A stretch of 64,000 nt of DNA from Solirubrobacteraceae bacterium (lineage in GTDB: Bacteria; Actinomycetota; Thermoleophilia; Solirubrobacterales; Solirubrobacteraceae): assembly GCA_039583645.1 (NCBI GenBank), contig JAVKSP010000001.1, positions 12,360 to 76,359 on the forward strand. The letters are read 5' to 3'. The position numbers were made by a program, and so were the translations under genes. Below, piece by piece: positions 55,602-64,000 of the stretch. The first letter of the stretch is position 1, and each line of letters opens with the position of its first letter. Under the pieces are notes generated by a model. It had not been told where the DNA came from. It saw only the letters and a program-made list of their open reading frames with translations, and made no database searches.

Positions 55602-55652
55602 GTCGCCATTCGCCTGACGCGCCGCGACGGCATGGAACGCAAAGCGATCGCG
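55602..55652 (+). repeat. Bipartite element, GTCGCCATT subtype, 23-bp spacer
   Basis: A=GTCGCCATTCGCCTGA, B=AAAGCGATCGCG; last copy seen. Confidence 0.6.
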
Positions 55653-55836
55653 CCGCGGCGGGCTCGGCGCCGTTCAGGCTAGGCGGTCGCGAAAGCGACG
55701 GCTTTCGCCTATGGGCAGCCGTCGCCGTGCTGCTCGTCCGACGCGAGAGTCAGGTTCCGGGGTTGCGAATTGGCTTCCGCGTTCGGCCGAGTGCTAGCTG
55801 CGACGTTGTAAGCCCCCACCCCGGAGAGCCTAAGGC

Positions 55837-56016
55837 TCAGCGTGCCGCCCGCTTGGCGCGACCCTTGCCGCTTCTGGCGGCGCCGCGGCCTCGTGCCGCC
55901 TTGCCCTTGGCCTGGTGGGAGCGGCGCCCAGTCAGCCGACCGATCGCCTCCAGCACCCAGCCACCAAACCGATCCAGACCGCCCTCGGCCCGATCTCGCC
56001 GGGAACTTTTGAACAT
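55837..56016 (-). CDS. CsbD-like small basic protein
   Basis: GGAGG SD plus ATG 56016; MFKSSRRDRAEGGLDRFGGWVLEAIGRLTG..QAKGKA. Confidence 0.7.
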   Translation of the reverse strand: MFKSSRRDRAEGGLDRFGGWVLEAIGRLTGRRSHQAKGKAARGRGAARSGKGRAKRAAR

Positions 56017-56052
56017 GAATCCTCCGCTCGTTTGTTCGAGATGCCAGCGGTC

Positions 56053-56076
56053 TTCCCTGTGATGGGACACACAAAC
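56053..56076 (-). promoter_or_regulatory. SigF/SigB-type promoter GTTT-N15-GGGAA
   Basis: Minus strand GTTT (56076-56073), 15 nt, GGGAA (56057-56053), upstream of the CsbD-like gene. Confidence 0.55.
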
Positions 56077-56178
56077 GCTGACACACGGCGCAGCCGCGTC
56101 GAAACTGTAGTCCGAGCTGAGCTCGAGGCCAGCCCGTCTGTAGACATGCGGTCGGGCATGCCCATCTACTATCGCCGC

Positions 56179-56559
56179 ATGACAGAGCGTCGTTTTGATC
56201 TCGCGGCGTCCTCGCTGCGTGCCGACGCGTCGGACGCCCGAGCGCTGGCCGAGGCGCTCGCGGCAAAGCTGGGTGGGGCCCTTCCCGATCAGACGAGGAC
56301 CCGACGTCAGCGCGGGCGATTGTTCTCCAGGGAGCAGCGCCTGGAGAGCATCGAAGTGCAACTCGGTGAGGAGACGTTCGTGCTGTCGCTGTCCGGGGAC
56401 AAGGCGCAGACGAGCCGAGCCAAGACTGTAAGGGGAGTCGTCATCAAGCGCCAGGACTTGCCGCTCGACGCCTGGCTGGAGGCATTGAGCGAAGCGCTGA
56501 ACGCTGAAGCGCAGCGGTCAGCGGCCGCGCGGCTCTCGCTCGAACGACACCTCGGCTGA
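56179..56559 (+). CDS. Hypothetical protein (likely leaderless)
   Basis: TACTAT lies 6 nt before ATG 56179; DLAASSLRADASD and KTVRGVVIK..LPLDAWL. Confidence 0.75.
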   Translation: MTERRFDLAASSLRADASDARALAEALAAKLGGALPDQTRTRRQRGRLFSREQRLESIEVQLGEETFVLSLSGDKAQTSRAKTVRGVVIKRQDLPLDAWLEALSEALNAEAQRSAAARLSLERHLG

Positions 56560-56581
56560 GACCTCGCAGCCCCGGCGGCGC

Positions 56582-57406
56582 CTAGTCGTTGATGTCAAGG
56601 ACTGGTGTGATGTCGGGCAACTGCTGGCCCGCGGCGGCGTGTTCGTTGGGCACCACGGCAGTACCGATCGCGAAGAACTCGATTACATGGCTGCCCCAGC
56701 CATGGTTGTTCTGGTGGAGCTTGACCTCGACGATCCCGAGAACGCCGTCCCCGATCTCCTCCGCCTCGCGCTGCATCCGTTCCATCGCGAGCTCTCGAGC
56801 GTCGTACAGAGCCTGGGTGTACTGCTCGAGCTCGACGTTCTGACCGGTCTGGCGAAGCGATTGCATCATTCCGCGATGTGCGACGTGGTAGACACAGTTG
56901 CCCATGACCATGCCGACGGGCCGCTTGCCTGTCTGCATCAGCGTCCAGAACGCCTGGCCACTGAGATCTGAAGTGAACGGCCGCCCATTTGGCGCGCGAT
57001 GCACCTTGCCTCCCTTGTGCTTGACCGCGGTGCCGATGGCGATGAATTCCGCCATGTCCGCCCCCCACTCGTAGCGCCCGATGTCCAGGCGGACGCCGAC
57101 GATGCCGTCCGCGCCCAGTTGATCGGCCTCCTCTTCCATGCGTGTCATGGCGAGCTCTCGGGCTGAGTACATCGCCTGGGTGAGGACGCCCATTTCCTGG
57201 CTCGCCTTCCAGTTGGCCGCCTGAAAGCCGATGTGGTAGATGCTCGACCCCACCACCAGCCCCACGGGCTCAAAGCCAGCCTTCTCCACGCACAGATACT
57301 CGTTCACCGAGAGATCTGAGGTGAACAGCCCGCGGGCGTTCATCTCGAGACGTTCGCTGGCGTGTTCGGCGAGGCCTTCGGTACTTGTGGGGTCGTATGT
57401 CGACAT
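56582..57406 (-). CDS. Tandem YbjQ/UPF0145-like (heavy-metal-binding) domain protein
   Basis: FTSDLS occurs twice; ARELAM.RM..EA occurs twice; GADGIVGV; IEFFAIGTAV. Confidence 0.85.
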   Translation of the reverse strand: MSTYDPTSTEGLAEHASERLEMNARGLFTSDLSVNEYLCVEKAGFEPVGLVVGSSIYHIGFQAANWKASQEMGVLTQAMYSARELAMTRMEEEADQLGADGIVGVRLDIGRYEWGADMAEFIAIGTAVKHKGGKVHRAPNGRPFTSDLSGQAFWTLMQTGKRPVGMVMGNCVYHVAHRGMMQSLRQTGQNVELEQYTQALYDARELAMERMQREAEEIGDGVLGIVEVKLHQNNHGWGSHVIEFFAIGTAVVPNEHAAAGQQLPDITPVLDIND

Positions 57407-57431
57407 TGGTTGCTCCTAAGTTTGTAGCGGA

Positions 57432-58352
57432 CTAGGCGCCAAGGCTGATCGACATCACGGGCGTCCCGAGCGGGGCCGGATGCGGCTCATGCGCGCCCAA
57501 TCGAATCGCGGTCCCCAGCACGTGCATGGACACGATGAAGAAGTGCTGCACAAATCCGAGGCGTTCGCTCTCGTAGTGATCGATGTTGTGCGTCAACGTC
57601 GAGATGACCATTTCGTTCGCACCGGCCTGGCGCGCCTGACGCGAGACCTCGTTCATCGCGACATGGCGAGCCGCGTAGACGCCCTGGGTGACCTCGGTCA
57701 TCTCCTGGTTGCCCCACCACGAGCGCATCAACTGGTTGGCCTGCATGCTCAGTGCGACGATCACCACCGAGGTATGGCCGATGACGCCCAGCGTCTCTGC
57801 TCCGATGCGACGCAGCTTGTCGACGTCCTGTCCAGACAGCGCGCACATCCGCGGCTCAGGGCTTCCGTGGCGCGCCAGTGCGGTCTCGCGTACGGCGGTG
57901 CCGAAGACGACGTATTCGATGGTCCCCGGTTCGCCGAGAAGGCGATCGATGGTCAACTCGATCCCGATCACGGCGTCAGCGCCCGCGAACTGAGCCTCCT
58001 GTCGCAGACGGTCGAACGAGCGCTCGCGCGCCAGGTTCCACGGCATTGCGAAGGAAGGCATCTCACGAATCCCTCCGCCGTACGTGGACCAGCCGTAGTT
58101 CTGCCATCCGTGCTGAACAACTGAGGAGCCCATGATCTGCGCGACCGGTTCTAGGCCCGAGGCCTGCGCAACCGCATACTCCTTAGTGCTCAGATCGCTG
58201 CTGAAGACCGGCGAGGCAGTTGCAGCGATGGCCCTCAGGCGCTGTTCCGCCCCAAGCGGAATGCCCCCGCGCTGGACACGGTCAAGATCAACTGCGGCCG
58301 CCTCACGCTCGCTCTCACTGGGCGGGGCTGGTCGTTTCCCAAACGGTGACAA
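57432..58352 (-). CDS. Tandem YbjQ/UPF0145-like domain protein
   Basis: FSSDLS, ARERSFDRLRQEA..GADAVIG, VFGTAV, YAARHVAM, VLGTAI. Confidence 0.8.
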   Translation of the reverse strand: MSPFGKRPAPPSESEREAAAVDLDRVQRGGIPLGAEQRLRAIAATASPVFSSDLSTKEYAVAQASGLEPVAQIMGSSVVQHGWQNYGWSTYGGGIREMPSFAMPWNLARERSFDRLRQEAQFAGADAVIGIELTIDRLLGEPGTIEYVVFGTAVRETALARHGSPEPRMCALSGQDVDKLRRIGAETLGVIGHTSVVIVALSMQANQLMRSWWGNQEMTEVTQGVYAARHVAMNEVSRQARQAGANEMVISTLTHNIDHYESERLGFVQHFFIVSMHVLGTAIRLGAHEPHPAPLGTPVMSISLGA

Positions 58353-58471
58353 AAACCGATGTTCTCACATCGGACCGCCATCAATGGGCGTGGCTAACTC
58401 GGCACCAACGATGTATGCCGCCGCTCGACGAAGATTGGTCTCCGCCAGCGGGTCGTTCGGTCAGCGGCCTT

Positions 58472-58675
58472 TTACCCTGACAGCTGCCCGCCGCGCTTGG
58501 CTTCGAGCTTGCGGCGCTCTCGCCGCGCGCCGTGGATCTGGCCGGCCGCGTACCCGCCGGCCAGTGCGATGACGGCTGGGACGAACGCGAGCACAAGCAC
58601 GCTGACGGCGGCAATGACCTTCAGCACGACAATGACGGCGATGACAACCGCGACCACGGCGAGAACTGCTCTCAT
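58472..58675 (-). CDS. Small two-TM membrane protein
   Basis: 67 aa, hydrophobic with a basic tail. Confidence 0.6.
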   Translation of the reverse strand: MRAVLAVVAVVIAVIVVLKVIAAVSVLVLAFVPAVIALAGGYAAGQIHGARRERRKLEAKRGGQLSG

Positions 58676-58819
58676 GAGCTGACTATAGGCCCCCGCGACC
58701 GGGAACCCATGAACCTGCCAGCCGCCCTCGCGCCAATGGTCCTTCCGCAGCTTCCCGCTTAAGCGCGCCCGCGCAGGACGGCCCGCCCCGCTTTCAATGC
58801 AACGGCCCGTTGCGCGTTT

Positions 58820-59668
58820 TCAAACTCCGCCTCTCGCGCCGTCCGCCGGGCCTTCCGAGTGTGGCGAGAACTCGACATCCGCCTCGAGCGCTGAGTGATC
58901 ACTCAGCCCATCGTCACGCCACTCGTGGTGGTACTGGCAGGCGACAGGGCGCAACTCCCTGGAGAGGAAGATGTGGTCGAGACGCCAGCCGCTGTCGTGG
59001 CCGGCGATCTTCTTCCACGTCCAGCTGGGCGAGCGCGACCCATAGCCGTGCAGCGCCCGGTATGCGTCGCGATACCCGAGATCGCGCAGACCGGGCACGA
59101 CGCCGAGCTCGGCAGCGTCCCATTGAGGACCGCGCTCCGCGCGGAGGCGGCCCCGGGAATCGCGCGCGAACGAGATCGTCTCGCCGTTGGCAAGCTCGCG
59201 GCGCGGGGTGTTGAGATCACCACCCAGCACGCGGGCCACACGCGCGGGGGCCGCGAGCCCCCGGCGCAACATCTGCAGGGTCTCAACCTTCACCCAGCCG
59301 TTAGCGGCGTTCGGCACGTGGACACAGTGAAGCTCCAGCGGGCCGGAAGCAGCCTGGGCAAGCACGCTCACCACGCTCTCGGGCCTGGGCAGCTCAAGCG
59401 GCTGCTCGGCTTCGGAAAGCGCAATTCGCGAGCCGACCATGACGCGCGTTCGCCGGCTCGCAGGTTCCCCGATCGCAGGCTGGCTAATAGACGAGACACG
59501 AACGTGTTGCAGCCCCATCAGCTTGAAGGCACGGGACCAAAGGGGGAGGCTCCGCCCGGTGATCTCCTGGAGCGCCACGAGGTCGGGCTTCCGCGTGGCC
59601 ACCGCAGCGGCCTGATCGGGGAGCCGAGAAGAACGACCGGCGACGTTCCAGGTGATCACTCGGATCAC
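58820..59668 (-). CDS. Endonuclease/exonuclease/phosphatase family protein
   Basis: ITWNV, DLVALQE, LGGDLN, RDAYR, WRLDHIF, SDHSAL; GTG at 59668. Confidence 0.92.
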   Translation of the reverse strand: MIRVITWNVAGRSSRLPDQAAAVATRKPDLVALQEITGRSLPLWSRAFKLMGLQHVRVSSISQPAIGEPASRRTRVMVGSRIALSEAEQPLELPRPESVVSVLAQAASGPLELHCVHVPNAANGWVKVETLQMLRRGLAAPARVARVLGGDLNTPRRELANGETISFARDSRGRLRAERGPQWDAAELGVVPGLRDLGYRDAYRALHGYGSRSPSWTWKKIAGHDSGWRLDHIFLSRELRPVACQYHHEWRDDGLSDHSALEADVEFSPHSEGPADGARGGV

Positions 59669-59684
59669 GCCGAAGACCGAGGCG

Positions 59685-60317
59685 CTAGTTCTCTGACTTG
59701 CGCTCGGCCTTGACGGCGCCTGCAGCCTCGGCCAGCCGACGCGCTTCGTCCCGCGCCGCGAGCTCCTGTTCGCGCGCTTGGAGAGCCTCTGAGTTGGCCT
59801 CCAGGTTGCGAAGCTCCTCGCGCGCTGCGCGCTCCTCGATGGCCTTTTCCCGCTCCTGGGCGGACTGGCGAGCTGCCTCCCGGCGGAGGCTCTCCGCATC
59901 GGCGGCCCGCTCCTTCTGCTTCTGAGCCTGGGTCTCCGCCACGCGGCGGCGGTCCTCGGCCGCTTCACGAGCGCGCTGTCGCTGCTTGTTGGCCCGTTCT
60001 TCGCTCTCTTGCAGGAGCGTGTCGGCGCTCTCGGCCTTCTCCTCTGCGCGGCCTCGAAGCCTCAACGCGCGCTCTCGCTCACGCGCGGCCTGTCGGCGAC
60101 GCTGCCCGTCTTCGCGCAAGGCGGAGTCGCCGAGGAGCGTCCCGGCCAACGAGCGGACACTGGCATCCGCCCGCTCGACCGCGAGCTGAGCGGCTGGCTT
60201 GACGCCCTCGCCATTCTCGGGGTTTCCGGGCAACAGCCCGATCATGGCGTCGAGCGGCAGCCGAAGCAGCCTGAGGTACCCCTTCACCGCGGTCCGCGGA
60301 ATCCACCTGGTGCTCAT
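59685..60317 (-). CDS. Coiled-coil hypothetical protein
   Basis: A/E/R/Q-rich; ATG overlaps the upstream TGA. Confidence 0.72.
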   Translation of the reverse strand: MSTRWIPRTAVKGYLRLLRLPLDAMIGLLPGNPENGEGVKPAAQLAVERADASVRSLAGTLLGDSALREDGQRRRQAARERERALRLRGRAEEKAESADTLLQESEERANKQRQRAREAAEDRRRVAETQAQKQKERAADAESLRREAARQSAQEREKAIEERAAREELRNLEANSEALQAREQELAARDEARRLAEAAGAVKAERKSEN

Positions 60318-60808
60318 TGGTCCTCCTCGGGATCGATTGCGTCAGCTGTGGCCTCAGCCCGGCGGGCCTGGTGCTTGAGCTGGACCTCCTCGTGGGCAGC
60401 CTCGAGGCGTTCGCGCTCAGCTCGCTGTTCTGCCGCATCGGCGACCGACTCCTGCACGGCCTGCGTGTGTTCCGCCTGTGCCGTGGCCTGCTGCTTCTCC
60501 GCCTCCGCCTGCACCTGGGCCCGTTCGCGGTCCCGCTCGGCCTGGCGCTCGCGCTCCTGCTCAGTGAGCTGGTTTTCTAGACGCTTGCGGTGGAGCTCGA
60601 CCGCGGCCTGGTTGTGCTCGAGCTCGGCTTCATCCTCTCGCTGACGAGCCTCCTGCGCCTGGCGACGGGCTTCGAGCTCAGCCTCCGATTGCGCCTGCTG
60701 AAGGCGGCCTTCACGGGCCAGATCGTCTCTCCCGGTAACCGACCCGGCAGCTTCCTTCGCTTTCCCGGCGAGCTTTCCAACCAGCCCGCCGCTTGTCCTT
60801 TCAGGCAA
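60314..60808 (-). CDS. CsbD-like N-terminus plus coiled coil
   Basis: GKLAGKAKEAAGSVTGRDDLAREGRLQQ; TTG start. Confidence 0.75.
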   Translation of the reverse strand: MPERTSGGLVGKLAGKAKEAAGSVTGRDDLAREGRLQQAQSEAELEARRQAQEARQREDEAELEHNQAAVELHRKRLENQLTEQERERQAERDRERAQVQAEAEKQQATAQAEHTQAVQESVADAAEQRAERERLEAAHEEVQLKHQARRAEATADAIDPEEDQ

Positions 60809-60888
60809 AAGTATCCACGCTCCTTCGGAGTCGAGTCTTGGCGTTCCAGCAGCAGCTGCAGCCGCTGCTGACCCCCTGGACTACGTAC

Positions 60889-60912
60889 TACCCGGCGCGT
60901 TCTGAGCCAAAC
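60889..60912 (-). promoter_or_regulatory. SigF/SigB-type promoter GTTT-N15-GGGTA
   Basis: Minus strand GTTT (60912-60909), 15 nt, GGGTA (60893-60889). Confidence 0.6.
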
Positions 60913-60951
60913 GCACGTTCGTGCCGCAATCCTGCGAGGCCCCGAGTGGCC

Positions 60952-62127
60952 CTACTCGTCCACCTCCACCACGACCGCAGCCCCCGTGTCCCCGGCGGCA
61001 CAGCCGGTGAACAGTCCGCGTCCGCCGCCCCGCTTCGCGAGCGCATAGATCAGCTCCACGATCCCGCGCGCGCCGGTGGGGCCCTGGGGGTGGCCGTAGA
61101 TCAGGCTGCAGCCGTACGGGTTCATCGCGTGCAGGTCGACGCCGGTGTGAGCGGCGAACCACAGATCGTTGACTGCAAACGGGTTGTGGGTCTTGATGAG
61201 GTCGATGTCGGCGAAATCGAGCCCGGCATCGCCCAGCGCGGCCTGCGCCGCCGGGACGGGCGCCTTTGGCATCTCGCCGGGGGAGACGCGCGCAAAGCCC
61301 GTCGCGAGTACACGCGCAACCGGCCCCTCGACTCCGGCCTCGCGGGCCCGCCCCAAGTCCGTGACGATCATGCCCGCGGTGCCGTCCGCGGGATGGGTCT
61401 GCGTGCCGTAGCTAACGACGCCGTCGGCCCAAACCGGCTTCAGTCCTGAGAGGCCATCCGCCGTGACAGGCCGCACCCCCTCGTCGGCAGCGATCTCGAG
61501 CGTCTTGCGGCCGGCGCGCACGGTGACAGGGATCATCCAGGGCCGCTGAAACGCCCGGTCATCGGTCAGTGCCTCCGCGTACTGCTCATAGCGGCGGACG
61601 GCGACCTCGTCGAGCGCCTCCTTGGTAAAGCCCGCCTCGCCGGCCACGCGCTCCGCGGTGGCGAGCATCGACTCGCCGGTCACGGGGTCGTGATCAAAGG
61701 CGTCCAGCACCCAGTTCTCGCTCTCGGCGGTCCCGCCGGGGGCGCCGGTGCGCGGATACACGAGGTGCGGACCATTGCTGGTGCGGTCCGTGGTCACGAC
61801 CAGGCGAACGCCGGCGCCCGAGGCCGCCGCGGCGTGAAGCGCGGCCACGGAGGTGGCGCACGCCTGCGAGATCATCGGTCCGCTCACGCCCGCGAAGCCG
61901 AGCCGCGCTGCCAGAGTTGGCGCGCCGTAAAAGGACTCCTTCTGGGGGACGGTCAGCCCAAGCACGAGCTCGGCGACGGGCCACGGCACTCCTCGTTCGG
62001 ACAAGGCTCGCGCCGTCACACAAAACGCGAGCTCGAGGCTGTTCATGTCCGCGGTCGACCCCTGCCAGCGCACGAACGGCGAGGACCAGGCGGCGCGCAG
62101 AGGGATGACCACGTCTTCAAAGCGCAA
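60952..62127 (-). CDS. Thiolase family protein
   Basis: SQACATS (active Cys), THNPFAVND, GHPQGPTG, GCAAGD; TTG 62127 with GGAGG SD. Confidence 0.9.
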   Translation of the reverse strand: MRFEDVVIPLRAAWSSPFVRWQGSTADMNSLELAFCVTARALSERGVPWPVAELVLGLTVPQKESFYGAPTLAARLGFAGVSGPMISQACATSVAALHAAAASGAGVRLVVTTDRTSNGPHLVYPRTGAPGGTAESENWVLDAFDHDPVTGESMLATAERVAGEAGFTKEALDEVAVRRYEQYAEALTDDRAFQRPWMIPVTVRAGRKTLEIAADEGVRPVTADGLSGLKPVWADGVVSYGTQTHPADGTAGMIVTDLGRAREAGVEGPVARVLATGFARVSPGEMPKAPVPAAQAALGDAGLDFADIDLIKTHNPFAVNDLWFAAHTGVDLHAMNPYGCSLIYGHPQGPTGARGIVELIYALAKRGGGRGLFTGCAAGDTGAAVVVEVDE

Positions 62128-62890
62128 GGCGAGTCTCCTCCGAACAGATCCTGGCAACAAAACGCGAGGCCACAGCCACGTTCTCGTCTTGGCTCTGAAC
62201 GAATGGCGCATGGCGGCAGTCGAGGTGCAGCCGCTCGACCGGCCCCGCCGTCAGGCGCTCGATCTCGTCCAGCTGCGCGAGGGTGCCGTACTGATCCTCC
62301 AGCCCCTGGATCAAAAGCAGCGGCGCCTCGACCCGCGGCAACAGTTCGCGGATGTCCCAACGCCGGAACTCTGGATCGAGCCACACGTCGCACCAGCCAA
62401 AAAACGCCGCGTCGACATCCTTGTGATGGGGCTTCATCTTCTCTCGCAGATCCTCGTGCAGGTACTGCTCGCGCACGCGCGCGATCTCATCGACACAGAC
62501 GTCCTCGACGAACACGTGCGGCGCCATCGCCACGACGCCCCGGACCGAACGCTCCGCGGCGTAGATGAGCGCGATCGAGGCGCCGTCGCTGTGGCCCACC
62601 AGGACCGGCTCGTGCACATCGAGCCGCGCCAACAGCTCGGGCAGCATCTTCCGAGCCTCCTCGTGCATGAAGCTCGGCGTGCGGCGCTCCGACGGCGGCG
62701 CCGACCATCCGTGCCCATGCCGGGAGAACGCGATCGTGCGAGCTCTGGTAGCCGCAGCGACCTTCGGCGTGAAGTCGTCCCAGAGCTGTGCGGAGCCCAG
62801 CCCCCCGTGCATCAGCACGAGCGGGGGGAGGCTCGCCTCGCCCGGGATCTCGATTACCTCCAGCTCTCCGCCGGGAAACTCCATCCTCAT
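62117..62890 (-). CDS. Alpha/beta hydrolase
   Basis: HGGLGS, GHSDGAS nucleophile elbow, QG..DQYG, HAP. Confidence 0.9.
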   Translation of the reverse strand: MRMEFPGGELEVIEIPGEASLPPLVLMHGGLGSAQLWDDFTPKVAAATRARTIAFSRHGHGWSAPPSERRTPSFMHEEARKMLPELLARLDVHEPVLVGHSDGASIALIYAAERSVRGVVAMAPHVFVEDVCVDEIARVREQYLHEDLREKMKPHHKDVDAAFFGWCDVWLDPEFRRWDIRELLPRVEAPLLLIQGLEDQYGTLAQLDEIERLTAGPVERLHLDCRHAPFVQSQDENVAVASRFVARICSEETRLAL

Positions 62891-63732
62891 GCGGCGGCTG
62901 CGGGGACGACGCGACCGTGCTCGGGCCCTGCCAAGAATTCGACCGCGCCTGGCCGCCACCGCGCGTGGCGCTCTTCAAACAACTCGTGCGCTCTGCGCCG
63001 CGGCCAACCCACGGGGAGCAGGTCGCTCGGCAGGTCGGGATCGAGGAAAGGGAACTTGCGCCATGCGTGCACCAACAGCGTGTGCATCCGGAAGCAGGCC
63101 TCCGGCGTAGCCGGACGCACGTGCGAGAAGGCCTCGACGAAGGTCTCGTACTGCCGGCGCACACCATCCAGATCCCAGGCCACTGCCGCCACGCCCGCGG
63201 GGCTGCCGAGCGCACCGAGCGCGGCCACGAACGACGTCGCCTCGGCCGCCGATTCGTCACTGATGGTGGCCGCGAGTTCCGCCTCTCGCTCCACGTGGGG
63301 CGTAAGCCACACGCCGCCGCCGAGCGATCCAAGACCGGCCCAGGCCAACCTCGTGCGCAGCTGGTGGCGCACGGCGCGCCGCTGTTCGGGCACGCGCAGC
63401 ACCACCACCAGCCACCGGCCATCCCACTGCCACGGATTGCCGAAGCTGTAGATCCGCTCGGCGCCGCTGCGCAGCAGACCGGCAGTCCGCCCACTGAGCT
63501 CCATCCGCGCGCGGCGGCCCTCGCGCCGGGCCAGCAGCCATCCGTCGCGCGTGCTGCGTGACACCGCCTGGCGGGCCGCATGCTGGGTGAACCCGACAGA
63601 CACCAGCGCGCTCACCAGCGCCTCCTGCCAGACCGGCTCGCCGGTGGGCAGGACGTATTCGCCGAGGATCGTCAGCAGCAGGGAGCGCGCCGCGGGGGCG
63701 CCGAGCGAGCGGCGCCGGAGCTGATCATCCAT
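62887..63732 (-). CDS. paaX: PaaX family transcriptional regulator
   Basis: ARSLLLTILGEYV, RIYS, WDGRWL, LAWAGLG, LVHAWRKFPFLDPDLP..LLP.GW. Confidence 0.92.
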   Translation of the reverse strand: MDDQLRRRSLGAPAARSLLLTILGEYVLPTGEPVWQEALVSALVSVGFTQHAARQAVSRSTRDGWLLARREGRRARMELSGRTAGLLRSGAERIYSFGNPWQWDGRWLVVVLRVPEQRRAVRHQLRTRLAWAGLGSLGGGVWLTPHVEREAELAATISDESAAEATSFVAALGALGSPAGVAAVAWDLDGVRRQYETFVEAFSHVRPATPEACFRMHTLLVHAWRKFPFLDPDLPSDLLPVGWPRRRAHELFEERHARWRPGAVEFLAGPEHGRVVPAAAA

Positions 63733-63895
63733 GGCGCTCGGACTGGAGAGCCTCGAACTCTTCCCGTACCGCTTCGAAGTACGTATTGCAGCTGCGGCAG
63801 CGAAGCTGGCTGGTGATCATCTGGCCGCCAAAGGCCGAGACGAGCTCGACGTCGTCTGAGTCGCAGAAGGGGCAGGGGGGTAGACCGCGGGTCAT
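63725..63895 (-). CDS. PaaD-like stand-alone zinc ribbon
   Basis: Not in the ORF track: MTRGLPPCPFCDSDDVELVSAFGGQMITSQLRCRSCNTYFEAVR; ATGA coupling upstream. Confidence 0.8.
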   Translation of the reverse strand: MTRGLPPCPFCDSDDVELVSAFGGQMITSQLRCRSCNTYFEAVREEFEALQSERHG

Positions 63896-64000
63896 CGGCG
63901 GTGCTCCTCATCCCAGCCCGACCAGTCAGCCGGTTCGGGCAGCTCGATCTCTACGCCCTCCTCGGCCAAGAGCCCGGCCAACCAGTCCCGTACCCGGGCC
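63892..64000 (-). CDS. C-terminus of a probable phenylacetyl-CoA epoxidase-like subunit (partial)
   Basis: ...VEIELPEPADWSGWDEEHRR*, coupled to the zinc-ribbon gene; identity inferred mostly from context. Confidence 0.5.
   Translation of the reverse strand, partial: ARVRDWLAGLLAEEGVEIELPEPADWSGWDEEHRR

Noticed and set aside
9798-55652. CRISPR array interpretation of the repeat-spacer-repeat motif
   Set aside because: Repeats are only about 9-15 bp and degenerate, occur as isolated pairs kilobases apart, and no cas genes are present.
17775-55652. Classical integron attC sites
   Set aside because: No consistent RYYYAAC...GTTRRRY pairs bracket the elements, and scattered CTAAC/GTTAG words do not line up with gene ends. 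An IntegronFinder run is still worthwhile.

Overview
High-GC (about 68% by eye) actinobacterial window; Thermoleophilia/Solirubrobacterales-like origin is my inference from gene content. Positions 1-9.5 kb and 56-64 kb look like ordinary chromosome: gpsA, tatA, sulfurtransferase, a DprA plus PRTase pair and TetR on the left; YbjQ, CsbD-like, thiolase and paa-like genes on the right. After tRNA-Asp (9581-9654) lies a roughly 46-kb accessory region of short, unrelated one- to two-gene modules in both orientations: GNAT, VOC, HAD, cupin, SnoaL, DUF1330, methyltransferases, AlkZ, secreted proteins, two ECF/anti-sigma pairs, HEPN-like and SNIPE-like proteins. The main observation is a degenerate bipartite non-coding element, Box A (consensus GTCGCGAAGCGAGCG), a variable spacer of mostly 26 bp, then Box B (consensus AAAGCGAGCGTC). 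I count about 27 copies by eye, about 5 of them weak, roughly one per inter-module gap from 17.8 to 55.7 kb, and saw none in the flanks. This resembles an integron-like cassette array whose sites are not classical attC. An IS110 element (49229-50814) is inserted in one Box B, and its non-coding end carries target, donor and handshake guide sequences that match both junctions. A decayed tyrosine integrase is also present. All motif calls were made by eye without tools, and family names come from recalled motifs rather than database searches.
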